Of a DNA stretch of 64,000 bases, positions 9,271-18,158 are shown in pieces. The position numbers and the translations under genes were made by a program. Under the pieces are notes generated by a model. It did not search any database and had not been told where the DNA came from. It saw only the letters and a program-made list of their open reading frames with translations. Within the stretch, counting starts at the first letter, position 1. Each line of letters starts with the position of its first letter. The DNA is from a virus (lineage: Duplodnaviria; Caudoviricetes). The stretch spans positions 5,448 to 69,447 of the IMG/VR virus record IMGVR_UViG_3300020576_007607; one strand, given 5' to 3'.

Positions 9271-9288
9271 CAGATGAAGCAAAATCAT

Positions 9289-9348
9289 TCACTTCCGAAC
9301 TCTGGTCGGGATTGAAAGTAGAGCAAGAAGCAATGAATTCTGTTTCAT
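9289..9348 (-). promoter_or_regulatory. leucine leader peptide MKQNSLLLALLSIPTRVRK
   Basis: TTG CTT CTT GCT CTA CTT (5 Leu in 6 codons); GAGTTCGG (9302-9295) can pair with the terminator arm CCGGACTC (9266-9259). Confidence 0.8.
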
Positions 9349-9356
9349 ATTGTTTG

Positions 9357-9624
9357 TGGTTCCACCGAGAATCGAACTCAGATCTGGAGATTAGCTTACC
9401 ACTATGATTTTCATCACCTTTCGTTTGTGGTCTGGACTTTACCTTTACCATATTGTTTCCAACTTAGGTAATCGCCATCAAGTCTCTACACCTTCTATTT
9501 TAATAGCTTGGCTCGGTATTGGCATTTTAAAGCGTTCACCGAATTTGACGATATCCAACAAATCAATTTCTTGATAAGTCGCTCCATTAAAAGTCACCCG
9601 TTTTATCCATTAAACTATGGAACC
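9357..9624 (-). tRNA. tRNA-Leu(UAA), intron-containing; exons 9624-9591 and 9411-9357
   Basis: Acceptor GGTTCCA/TGGAACC + A73, D-arm GTTT/AAAC, anticodon loop CTT^AAAA, 21-nt variable region, T-arm CTGAG-TTCGATT-CTCGG; CCA not encoded. Confidence 0.88.
9412..9590 (-). ncRNA. group I intron (IC3-like), 179 nt, no ORF
   Basis: P/Q/R/S cores GTCAAATTCGGTGAA, AATACCGAGCCAAGC, GAAGGTGTAGAGACTTGATGGCG, AAGGTAAAGTCCAG; P1 CTT/GAG; GAAA loops in P2, P8 and P9; terminal G. Confidence 0.9.
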
Positions 9625-9635
9625 GTTTGTTTTGT

Positions 9636-9652
9636 TATATATTACAAATATA
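9636..9652 (-). promoter_or_regulatory. tandem TATATTTG and TAATATATA motifs upstream of the tRNA
   Basis: Both recurrent motifs lie 12-28 nt before tRNA G1. Confidence 0.65.
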
Positions 9653-9748
9653 TCAACTTGTTTTCAAATGACCAAAATATTCGACAGGAAAAATTCGGCT
9701 ACCTCCCTACAATATTCCCTTTCTATTTCATAGAGATTCTTGTTCATA

Positions 9749-10150
9749 TCAGTAAACCAAGTCTCTCCAATATGGATCGGTTATTAGAACAACAAGACAA
9801 TTAGGGTTTGTGAATTGTATTACTTGAGATTCATACTCTGAGTTTTCAAAATGAACTTCTATTCCCAAATCCTGGATCTTCTTGTCTTTGAGTTCCCGAT
9901 TGGTGAAGTGGACTTCACTGATACCGAGGTCCAAGGCAATTTTGTAAACCTTATCTGTCTCACCCATACCAGATTCTGGTCCATATCTCTTGGTTATTAT
10001 ACAGACCTGTTTCCCTGATCGTATCAAGTTTCTACAGATTTCCTGTATTTCCTCCTTTACTGGATTGGTGGTCCCGTCGAAGTCGTCATCTAGGGTTCCG
10101 TCGAAATCAAAGGAAATTTTGTGCTCAACTATTTTGGGTTTGAATGCCAT
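9749..10150 (-). CDS. HAD-superfamily protein
   Basis: ISFDFDGTL, IITKR, K..KI, HFEN. Confidence 0.75.
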   Translation of the reverse strand: MAFKPKIVEHKISFDFDGTLDDDFDGTTNPVKEEIQEICRNLIRSGKQVCIITKRYGPESGMGETDKVYKIALDLGISEVHFTNRELKDKKIQDLGIEVHFENSEYESQVIQFTNPNCLVVLITDPYWRDLVY

Positions 10151-10151
10151 A

Positions 10152-10622
10152 TTAGATTATTCTGATGTTGGTGATTTCAATTTCTAGTTTTCCGGCGGGG
10201 ATATCAACCTCGATATGATCTCCGACTCTATGGTTCATAAGTGATTTTCCAATCGGGCTGTTTGGTGATATTTTTCCTTCCTTCAGGTTTATTTCATGCT
10301 CGGGAACAATCCTATATTCGGTTTCCTTTCCAGTTTTCTTATTTTTGAACTTGACCCATGTCAGAAGTTGGACAGTACCATCATCTATAACCCCTTCGAT
10401 TATCTGACAGTTGGAAAGTATCTTCCCAATCTTACTCATCTTGTCGTTTAAATCATCCAAAGCCTGTTTGGCCACATCATACTCTGCATTCTCACTCAAG
10501 TCACCCTTATCCCTAGCATCACTAAGATTTTGAAGACATTCCCTAAGATCAACACTCTTCATGTGTTGAAGTTCAGATTCCATTTTCAAATATCCCTCAC
10601 GGGTCATTGGTATTTTTTCCAT
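10152..10622 (-). CDS. greA: transcription elongation factor GreA
   Basis: MTREGY, ARDKGDLSENAEY, ISPNSPIGKSL. Confidence 0.93.
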   Translation of the reverse strand: MEKIPMTREGYLKMESELQHMKSVDLRECLQNLSDARDKGDLSENAEYDVAKQALDDLNDKMSKIGKILSNCQIIEGVIDDGTVQLLTWVKFKNKKTGKETEYRIVPEHEINLKEGKISPNSPIGKSLMNHRVGDHIEVDIPAGKLEIEITNIRII

Positions 10623-10655
10623 TTATTTTAAAATTTTAATGTTGGTTATATTATA

Positions 10656-11279
10656 TTACCTGTTAAAAGTTTTCTCATATAGACCCCTTATCGCCTTAAT
10701 TCCATTTGGAAGGATTTCCCTAGTTCCTATACCAGCAAAATCCTGAACTTGGATCTGGGGAATTCCTTCAAATTTAACGAATGACATAGAAGAATAGCTC
10801 CATCGGAACCACGAATCCCTAACCTGATCGAAGACTAAAAGATCTCTATTATTCAATACAGCACACATACAAGCATAACCCGTCCCACCATCAACCGACT
10901 GGTATTTAGATCGACAATAGAAACCCTTATTGGTCTTTTCACCTGGACTCACAATCGTCCCAACGGCGAAAACCTGTCTGGAATATTTCACCTGAGCCCA
11001 GTTTCTTGCAAGAAGGTTCATATACTTATCTATTCCCCAACGGTTGAGCCAATGGTTGGCCTTTCTTACCTGCATTATGCCTTCCTGGTAGTCGGCTTCC
11101 GATATCTCGACCTTGTTGGGAGATTTGTGCATGGGTGTCTTATAGGAATAGGCTTTTGTGGAGACACCGAATTCCTCCCCTATTTTTTCGAAATAGGTGT
11201 CCGACCCACCCGCTCCTCCGGAATGGCATGTGATTTTTTCCAGGTCCAAAGGAATTGGACCAAACAAATCTATTGTCAT
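10656..11279 (-). CDS. SLOG/DprA-like nucleotide-binding protein
   Basis: HSGGAGGSD, LARNWAQV, GGTG motifs. Confidence 0.6.
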   Translation of the reverse strand: MTIDLFGPIPLDLEKITCHSGGAGGSDTYFEKIGEEFGVSTKAYSYKTPMHKSPNKVEISEADYQEGIMQVRKANHWLNRWGIDKYMNLLARNWAQVKYSRQVFAVGTIVSPGEKTNKGFYCRSKYQSVDGGTGYACMCAVLNNRDLLVFDQVRDSWFRWSYSSMSFVKFEGIPQIQVQDFAGIGTREILPNGIKAIRGLYEKTFNR

Positions 11280-11280
11280 C

Positions 11281-11688
11281 TTATACTTCTTTTCTTCCGT
11301 GAGTAAGTGTCACATAACGGTCATTTCGATATTCCCTCCATGTGTCTGTCCAAGGTCCTCTGAGGGTTAGGGTGAATGTCTTCTCGTGGGAAATAACCTT
11401 GTGGAAATTGTCACGAGATGTGTATTTTGGTTTCAAGGAAGGAGAGTAGTCTTTTTTCTCGCCGTTCAGTTTTTCTTCGGTCACCAAACCTTTGATCCAC
11501 CAGGTCAGAGCGTTAAAAGCGTGACTATGGTAGGCCTCTCTAGATCCTTTATTGAATCGAAGAATCCCGATTGAGAATACAGGTTTCCATTCTATTAGGA
11601 AATAGGCCATAACTCCCGAGTCTTTCCCGCCATCCGATCTCACACAGAAGAATCTTGGAAACCATTTGCTGTTGAATAATTTTCTCAT
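11281..11688 (-). CDS. cupin-like protein
   Basis: YHSHAF...E...FHKV...TLTLRGP. Confidence 0.55.
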   Translation of the reverse strand: MRKLFNSKWFPRFFCVRSDGGKDSGVMAYFLIEWKPVFSIGILRFNKGSREAYHSHAFNALTWWIKGLVTEEKLNGEKKDYSPSLKPKYTSRDNFHKVISHEKTFTLTLRGPWTDTWREYRNDRYVTLTHGRKEV

Positions 11689-11690
11689 AT

Positions 11691-11996
11691 CTATTTTAGT
11701 ATTTTGCTTATCAGTTTTTCCCTCTGTATCACGGGTATGTCAAGATCGAGGTTCCTCATCAGCTGGTCCCCGAATTCGGGGTCCGGTATTTTTCCCCGAT
11801 AAAGGGCGACGAAAAACTCACGGCTGTTCTTCATGTATATTTCCTCAATCGTCCACGAACCCGAAGAATAGGTCATCACATAGGATCCGATCGTCGACCC
11901 AGGAACCGGTTTGGTTGTCCAAACCGAAGTATCATCGGGATAAAAAGGATCCGGAACAAATTGGTAGTCGGTTGGGTCGAATATGTAATCACTCAT
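11691..11996 (-). CDS. hypothetical protein with C-terminal tag REKLISKIL
   Basis: Operon context. Confidence 0.7.
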   Translation of the reverse strand: MSDYIFDPTDYQFVPDPFYPDDTSVWTTKPVPGSTIGSYVMTYSSGSWTIEEIYMKNSREFFVALYRGKIPDPEFGDQLMRNLDLDIPVIQREKLISKILK

Positions 11997-12264
11997 CCGT
12001 AATAGAATTTATGTTTTTTTCCCTCAAATGTTTTTTCCAATCATCCATTCCCCCAAAATAGGTTCCGGGTTTCGGATTCTCCCACCTTGATGTGGTTTGG
12101 TAGTATTCGTAATTGGCAAAAAAATCCACTTTTCCGAAGAAATCCGAGATTTCGACGGATGTTACCCTTACCCGAAAACATTTTTCCTGGTCCCGGATCC
12201 AGTCACCAAGGAACCCAATCACGTCATACCTATCCCAATTATCCGGCCATTCCATCGTCTTCAA
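11989..12264 (-). CDS. hypothetical protein with C-terminal tag REKNINSIT
   Basis: Operon context. Confidence 0.7.
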   Translation of the reverse strand: MKTMEWPDNWDRYDVIGFLGDWIRDQEKCFRVRVTSVEISDFFGKVDFFANYEYYQTTSRWENPKPGTYFGGMDDWKKHLREKNINSITDE

Positions 12265-12544
12265 TTAATTTGTCTATCTTGTTTTCCCTTATTTTGGAAA
12301 GAATCTCCGCCAAAAAGAAATCGAGAGTTTTGACGTTGGGGTCCCGTTTGATCATACCCTCGTTCATGACGGTCAACCCAAAAACAACCTCATCTATGTT
12401 TTTAGGATCATCACACATTTCTTCGTATCTCCCAATCAGATAATTTGTTTCTTCGATCAGGTCACCACTACAAGTAGTGTTCCATTCCCTCATGTAACCC
12501 AAATACGACCTGAGTATGTGTATTGTCATTCTCCTATCCTTCAT
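12239..12544 (-). CDS. hypothetical protein with C-terminal tag RENKIDKLI
   Basis: Operon context. Confidence 0.65.
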   Translation of the reverse strand: MKDRRMTIHILRSYLGYMREWNTTCSGDLIEETNYLIGRYEEMCDDPKNIDEVVFGLTVMNEGMIKRDPNVKTLDFFLAEILSKIRENKIDKLIEDDGMAG

Positions 12545-13148
12545 GGTGATCTATCAGGGAAACTCCTTTGGAATCCATTATTGTTTTCAAGTTATTGTAT
12601 GAAATCGGTGTGTAGTCAAGACCGTTGCATCCGACATCGATGACTTTCCTGTTGTAGAACCAAGCCATATCTGGGTTCTTTGTCAAAGACTGGTGGCAAT
12701 GCCCGTGAAGGTGCCATGCCCCGTGGTGATGCTTGTTCCACGAAAGGATCGGATAGTGAGAAAGTTCTATATGCTGCCAACCTCCCTTAACCGACTCGTC
12801 CCTGACCTGTATCTTTCCGGCACCCTGGACATCGTCATCACCCCATATTTTCACAAACCTGTTCAGGTTCCTGATATCCCGATATCGGTCATGGTTTCCC
12901 ATGAAAAAATGTATTTCCCCGTTGAGCTGTTCAACGAACCATTTCACGGTGCTGATGTGACACCTCATCGAAAGGTCCCCGAGATAAAACACGGTGTCGT
13001 CTTCCTTGACGACCGAGTTCCAATTTCTTACAAGGACATCGTGCATCTCGTTCACATCTCCGAAAGGACGGTTGTCGAACCGGATGACGTTGGTGTGTCC
13101 TATGTGGAAATCGGATATGAAGTGTATGTTTTGGTTTTCAATTCTCAT
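12534..13148 (-). CDS. calcineurin-like metallophosphoesterase
   Basis: SDFHIGH, LGDL, GNHD, SHYP, HGHCH; TATATTTG at 13154-13161. Confidence 0.9.
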   Translation of the reverse strand: MRIENQNIHFISDFHIGHTNVIRFDNRPFGDVNEMHDVLVRNWNSVVKEDDTVFYLGDLSMRCHISTVKWFVEQLNGEIHFFMGNHDRYRDIRNLNRFVKIWGDDDVQGAGKIQVRDESVKGGWQHIELSHYPILSWNKHHHGAWHLHGHCHQSLTKNPDMAWFYNRKVIDVGCNGLDYTPISYNNLKTIMDSKGVSLIDHHEG

Positions 13149-13221
13149 TTGGGCAAATATAAAACAAACATATGGTTAAATCAAATAATTATATATAATC
13201 AGACAAAAAATTTTATTTCCC

Positions 13222-15276
13222 ATGAAGAAAATACTAACACTGCTACTCGTCCTACTGAGTTTTGTCAGGATGTCCGGACAGACATGCCCTACCCTTACCG
13301 TATCGACCGGAACGGTCAGCTGCACCACACCATGCACAAGCTTGAACGCTTCCGCCAGCATGGTCAGGAACACCAATACATATACGGTAACACCGACACC
13401 ATACGCCCCTTATTCGTATGTCGCGGGAACTCCGATTCCGACCACCACCGACGACATATATTCGGGTGTCATAACGATGCCGTTCAGCTTCTGCTTTTTC
13501 GGGAACAGCTACAACCAGCTTATAATCGGATCTAACGGAAACGTCTCTTTCAACACGGCCCTTGCCGGACTTTTCGACCCGTGGTCCATATCAGGACCGC
13601 TTCCCGGAAGCTCGGGGAACGCCACCTATAACTCGATTTTTCTCTGGAAGGACATCTATCCACCCGGGGGTGGAGGAACCATCGTCTACAACACCTACGG
13701 AACAGCCCCGTGTAGGAAATTTGTCATATCTTACAACAACCTGCCGATGTTCATACCACCGACCTGCACAAACAGGGCGACACATCAGATAGTGCTCCAC
13801 GAATCCTCCAACATCATCGACATCTATATCGGGGATCACACACCCTGCTCCTCATGGAACTCGGGAAGGGCCATTACCGGTATACAGAGCCCGACCCCCG
13901 GGACTTTCTTCTTCACCGCTCCCGGACAGAACGGAACGGCTTTCACAGCGACAAACCAAGGATGGAGATTTTCACCCAACGGGGGAGTGGTGACCTGGAA
14001 CTATGTCTGGACAGGACCCACCGGAACCGTGGGAACAGGACCCAACGTCATAGTATGCCCGACCGTCACAACCACCTACACCGTTTCGGCAACCACCACG
14101 TCATGCGCCGGAGTCTCCCTGACGGAGACAACCACCGTGACATCGACAATCGCGACCATAAGCGTAATGGGGGATTCCTCGATATGCCAAAACGGTTCGA
14201 CAGTCCTTACTTCACCCATATCAGGAGGAACGTGGGTCAGTTCCAATCCGTCCGTGGCCACGGTCACATCGGGAAACGTTACCGGAGTTTCCCCAGGAAC
14301 CGCCGTCATAACATACGGACTCGGACCTGCCTGTCAGGGAACCAAGACGGTCACCGTCAATCCCGTCTACGACCAGTCTATATCGGACCATATCTGCCAG
14401 GGCGAAACATACGAGTGGATAGACACCACAGTGGACCAGGCCGGATCATACACCAAGAGATTTTCAAGCGTCCACGGATGCGATTCAATAGTGACACTCA
14501 ACCTGACGGTTTATCCCATACCGACCATAAAAATGTGGCTTGATCGCGATTATATGTGTCTTGGGGATAGCGTCTACCTGATGTGGGACACACCTGATTC
14601 GGGAACCACATACATTTTCCAGCCGTCATACATACCTACGTCAACGACGTCAGGATCACACCCACTGACCTGGAACATCGACGGCATCTTCACAGTTTCG
14701 GGTTTCGCCCAGACCGCCTGGTGCCATTCGGACACTGTCAGGAAGACGGTTCTCGTTTCCAAATTCCCGACCGTCAAAATAGACACGATTCCAGACAGGA
14801 TATGTTTCGGGGATGAGATACTGTTCCAGCCCGTGGAAAAATGCCAGGAATGCTTCTATCTTTGGCAGCCTCAGGCATACTTTCCCATCAGAACCGAAAC
14901 CAACGCGTTGGGGATAATAGACTCATCAAGGAAGGTGACACTGAGGGTGACCAACAAATGGGGATGTTCCGCAACCGATTCGATAAACGTGACGGGTGAA
15001 GACTGCTGCCAGTTCTTCCTTCCGAACGCGTTCACTCCGAACGGGGATGGAAAGAATGATTTGTTTAAACCTGTCGGTGGACATATAAGGATAGTGGACT
15101 TCAAGGTGTATAACCGTTACGGACAGCTGGTCCACGAATCGTTCGGATTAAGGGACGGATGGAACGGAAGGTTCAGGGGAGAGGAAGCCGACATGGGAAC
15201 ATACTACTGGCAGATACAATACGAATGCCACGGAAAGGTCCTATTCAAGAAAGGTGATGTCACACTTGTCAGATAA
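13222..15276 (+). CDS. secreted surface protein with T9SS type-B (gliding-motility/CHU_C) C-terminal domain and an Ig-like domain
   Basis: Signal peptide MKKILTLLLVLLSFVRMSG-Q; C-terminus FLPNAFTPNGDGKND...VYNRYG...WNG...GTYYW...KGDVTLVR; WVSSNPSVATV..G.VTGVSPGTA Ig-like segment. Confidence 0.88.
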   Translation: MKKILTLLLVLLSFVRMSGQTCPTLTVSTGTVSCTTPCTSLNASASMVRNTNTYTVTPTPYAPYSYVAGTPIPTTTDDIYSGVITMPFSFCFFGNSYNQLIIGSNGNVSFNTALAGLFDPWSISGPLPGSSGNATYNSIFLWKDIYPPGGGGTIVYNTYGTAPCRKFVISYNNLPMFIPPTCTNRATHQIVLHESSNIIDIYIGDHTPCSSWNSGRAITGIQSPTPGTFFFTAPGQNGTAFTATNQGWRFSPNGGVVTWNYVWTGPTGTVGTGPNVIVCPTVTTTYTVSATTTSCAGVSLTETTTVTSTIATISVMGDSSICQNGSTVLTSPISGGTWVSSNPSVATVTSGNVTGVSPGTAVITYGLGPACQGTKTVTVNPVYDQSISDHICQGETYEWIDTTVDQAGSYTKRFSSVHGCDSIVTLNLTVYPIPTIKMWLDRDYMCLGDSVYLMWDTPDSGTTYIFQPSYIPTSTTSGSHPLTWNIDGIFTVSGFAQTAWCHSDTVRKTVLVSKFPTVKIDTIPDRICFGDEILFQPVEKCQECFYLWQPQAYFPIRTETNALGIIDSSRKVTLRVTNKWGCSATDSINVTGEDCCQFFLPNAFTPNGDGKNDLFKPVGGHIRIVDFKVYNRYGQLVHESFGLRDGWNGRFRGEEADMGTYYWQIQYECHGKVLFKKGDVTLVR

Positions 15277-15278
15277 CG

Positions 15279-15309
15279 GAAAAGGGGAGACTAAATGTCT
15301 TCCCTTTTC
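15279..15309. terminator. bidirectional intrinsic terminator
   Basis: GAAAAGGGGAGAC-TAAAT-GTCTTCCCTTTTC between convergent genes. Confidence 0.75.
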
Positions 15310-15676
15310 AAATTTTGAACGAGTCGAAACTGTCATCGATTATGGATGATAGTTTTATATCCCTCAATATTGTTTCGTCAACCTTTTCCCCCTTTCCGAA
15401 ACAGACATACTCGAAATAATTGTCATATCTCCAAACATCCTCATGAACCGACTGTGATTCAATCCTCATATCAAACCAACCGGACTTGTTATTGAAGGTG
15501 ATTCGATTCCCCCTCGAAAGGTCGGAAACGAATGACTCGTAATGGGTCTTGGGTATAAGGAAACTCATCTTACCGACGCCCTTCGGATAAAGGGCGAAAT
15601 AGCGATGAGGCCTCCCATTCACATAAATATTGTTTTCACCGGCACCACCGTATGTGACATCCCTATACAAGTTCAT
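15308..15676 (-). CDS. hypothetical protein with tag RDIKLSSII
   Basis: TATTTTTG at 15682-15689. Confidence 0.7.
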   Translation of the reverse strand: MNLYRDVTYGGAGENNIYVNGRPHRYFALYPKGVGKMSFLIPKTHYESFVSDLSRGNRITFNNKSGWFDMRIESQSVHEDVWRYDNYFEYVCFGKGEKVDETILRDIKLSSIIDDSFDSFKI

Positions 15677-15726
15677 AACTACAAAAATAACAAAAAAAAA
15701 CGAAATCCAAAAATAATATATATCGT

Positions 15727-16317
15727 ATGAAATGGATAAAAAAATACGAAACGTTCGTCAACGACGACAACAGGGGTGAGGACACCCAATATCCGGAACT
15801 GAACCCGGTGATAAAAATGGAAGCCGCCGAATACGTCGACTCCAAGCTGAGATCAAACGAGTACGCCGAGATATTCAACGCCGTCGGCGTCGATCTTCCG
15901 CAGGATCTTGATTCCGACGAGCTCGAGAAGGCATTCGACCAGGTTCGCGAAAAAGCAATCCAGTATTACATACAGAATCCCGAGGAGATAAAATCCCCCG
16001 CGACACACCGGACATTCAAGGTAAATGCCGGAGACGGAATACCGAGAACCAACCGTGTCGGTGGAACCTCACAGGCGGCATCCCGAGTGGTCGGCGAAAG
16101 CAAGATCAACCTCGATGCCGAGATGGACATCACCGAGGATGAGATGGACCTGTTCAAAAGGGAAGAACCCCTTATAGATCTTATCCGTCAGGGAAAGGTC
16201 AGGATGTCCAACAAGAAGGTCCATTTCAGCGAAACCGACAAGGAAACAATCGAAACCCTCGACATGTATCTCGAGATGGACAAGAAAACACTGAAGTCAG
16301 ACAATGAAACACATTAA
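15727..16317 (+). CDS. hypothetical protein with N-terminal tag (MKWIKKYETF)
   Basis: TAATATATA at 15714-15722. Confidence 0.75.
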   Translation: MKWIKKYETFVNDDNRGEDTQYPELNPVIKMEAAEYVDSKLRSNEYAEIFNAVGVDLPQDLDSDELEKAFDQVREKAIQYYIQNPEEIKSPATHRTFKVNAGDGIPRTNRVGGTSQAASRVVGESKINLDAEMDITEDEMDLFKREEPLIDLIRQGKVRMSNKKVHFSETDKETIETLDMYLEMDKKTLKSDNETH

Positions 16318-16729
16318 GAGAATAGACGAGATTTTCGGGTTAGAAAATCCGTTCAAATCAACCCCGGATGATGATATAGCTGAGAAAATACTAAAACTAG
16401 TATCCGACAAAACAAGAATTGTTTTGAAACGTGTCGTCCGTGGAGAAGAGATACAATTTGAGGCAGATGTGGATGGATATGAAATCAATGTCGAAATAGT
16501 ATATTATACCATATCCGGTTTGCCTATAGATTTGGATCTGTTCAAACCAAAACAATTTGTTCCAAAAACCTACGAGATATCTATCGACGGAAAAAAGTTA
16601 AAAACATCCAACTATGTTAGTAAAAAGGTTTTTGATAAAATCAAAGAGATCTTCCACAAAGAGAAAGATAGAAACAGAGATGACTACGATCCCGTTCAGG
16701 ATTTCAGAATGGCGTTCCGAACCAGATAA
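16304..16729 (+). CDS. hypothetical protein with N-terminal tag (MKHIKRIDE)
   Basis: Overlaps the upstream gene end. Confidence 0.7.
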   Translation: MKHIKRIDEIFGLENPFKSTPDDDIAEKILKLVSDKTRIVLKRVVRGEEIQFEADVDGYEINVEIVYYTISGLPIDLDLFKPKQFVPKTYEISIDGKKLKTSNYVSKKVFDKIKEIFHKEKDRNRDDYDPVQDFRMAFRTR

Positions 16730-16731
16730 AA

Positions 16732-17304
16732 TCATATCTTTTTCAAATAAACACCATAGATGAGATCCCCATATTCGGTTCCCGAATCGGGATGGATATT
16801 GGTTTGGTTACTGAATTTTCTTTTTCTCGAACTTTCTTCTGTGATATAATTTCTGGTTTCTATTTCATAACCCCTGACCCGCCTCCTGATAGGAATCATC
16901 AAGGACTCCATTTCATCCGAAAGGTTATTAAGATAATCCGAATATTTCCTTGCCCTATCCGATTTGTCCGTGATATGGAGAACCCCTCCTTCACCATCAA
17001 TCCCCGCCTTCCAGAAAATATTGGAATTCACGAACATATTTACTTGGATCCCAGGTGTCATATCCCCCGATTTTATCCTTTCCAGATATTCGGGAATCAT
17101 CGAATCCGTCACGGAATAAATGGTGCTCCTCGGATTTCCAATCAAAACGAAATTGACGCTGACAGACAGCCTGAGATCATCCACGAAACGAATGAACAAA
17201 TCCTCGATCTCTTCCCTGGTGTAACCCCATATTCCCTTCGTATCTGTTATCTCGTCGGCTCTATAGAATTTGAAAAAATCCTCGAAAATCTTAATATGTC
17301 TCAT
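16732..17304 (-). CDS. hypothetical protein with N-terminal tag (MRHIKIFEDF)
   Basis: TAATATATA at 17311-17319. Confidence 0.75.
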   Translation of the reverse strand: MRHIKIFEDFFKFYRADEITDTKGIWGYTREEIEDLFIRFVDDLRLSVSVNFVLIGNPRSTIYSVTDSMIPEYLERIKSGDMTPGIQVNMFVNSNIFWKAGIDGEGGVLHITDKSDRARKYSDYLNNLSDEMESLMIPIRRRVRGYEIETRNYITEESSRKRKFSNQTNIHPDSGTEYGDLIYGVYLKKI

Positions 17305-17330
17305 ATACCCTATATATTAAAACAAAAAAA

Positions 17331-18053
17331 CTACTTTAGGCGGATTCGGTTTTTCAGGTTTTCCCACAATATCTGATGTATGTTTTCAACCTGGTCATAT
17401 CTTATCCTTATCAGGTCGATATAGTTGTCCTCACAGTATTCGGATTTGATCCTATCCTCATCAATAACCTTGCCATAGGCCGAACCCCCACCTAATTCCT
17501 CTACAGGCTGGTAATGATGTATCCCAAAATACTCAACAGCGATTCTCGAGTCGACTAGATAGAAATCAAATTCAATCCCATCGACGACCCATCTCTTTAT
17601 GTACCCGACATCATGCTTTTTCAGGAAGGATTCTATTTCGGAACGAATGTCCGATTCGGAATCCCTTATAGTTTCCCGCAGGACAGCCTCTTCCTTTTTC
17701 CTGAATTCGGGAGCCATTCCGGACAGATGGGAATTTGCCCTCTGTTCGTATACCACCCCGTCATATATTATTTTCACGGTGTTCAGGGATCCCGTATAGT
17801 CGACCAGTGAGTAATCATACTTGTTTCCCCAGACGAATCTCGATTTCTCTATGAACATATCCGTGGTCATCCTGTCCGTCCTTTTCTCGGGACATCTTCC
17901 CGAAAGGTGTTTCGAGACCGACTGCGTGTAGATTCCCCCGTCAAATTCCATCTGTATCCGGTCCTGCAGGGTTATCTTATCAGGCAAATCCACATACCTG
18001 TATTTGTACCCGTGCTTGTTTCTCGCCTTTTCCAAAAATTCCATTTTTCTCAT
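17331..18053 (-). mobile_element. putative homing endonuclease (HG.KYDY repeats + PD-(D/E)XK/Vsr-like domain)
   Basis: KHGYKYRY and WGNKYDYSLVDY repeats; EFDFYL..RIAVEYFGIHHY. Confidence 0.75.
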
Positions 18054-18067
18054 ACAGTATATATCGG

Positions 18068-18127
18068 GAAATCCGACCCCCTTTCAGGATTTTTTAAAAA
18101 GTTTCCCGAAAGGGGGGTCGGATTTTT
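18068..18127. repeat. GC-rich inverted repeat between divergent genes
   Basis: AAATCCGACCCCCTTTC...GAAAGGGGGGTCGGATTT. Confidence 0.7.
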
Positions 18128-18158
18128 TTATATATAAATAAAAAGAAACAAAAATAAC

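Noticed and set aside
9221-9451. 76-aa ORF in the track (also 9106-9288 extension and 9508-9804)
   Set aside because: Shadow ORFs over the intron, tRNA exons and attenuator.
9357-9624. Orthogonal or suppressor identity for the tRNA
   Set aside because: The junction gives a 7-nt loop with UAA, and A73 plus A15-U48 fit ordinary tRNA-Leu; nothing in the sequence shows orthogonality.
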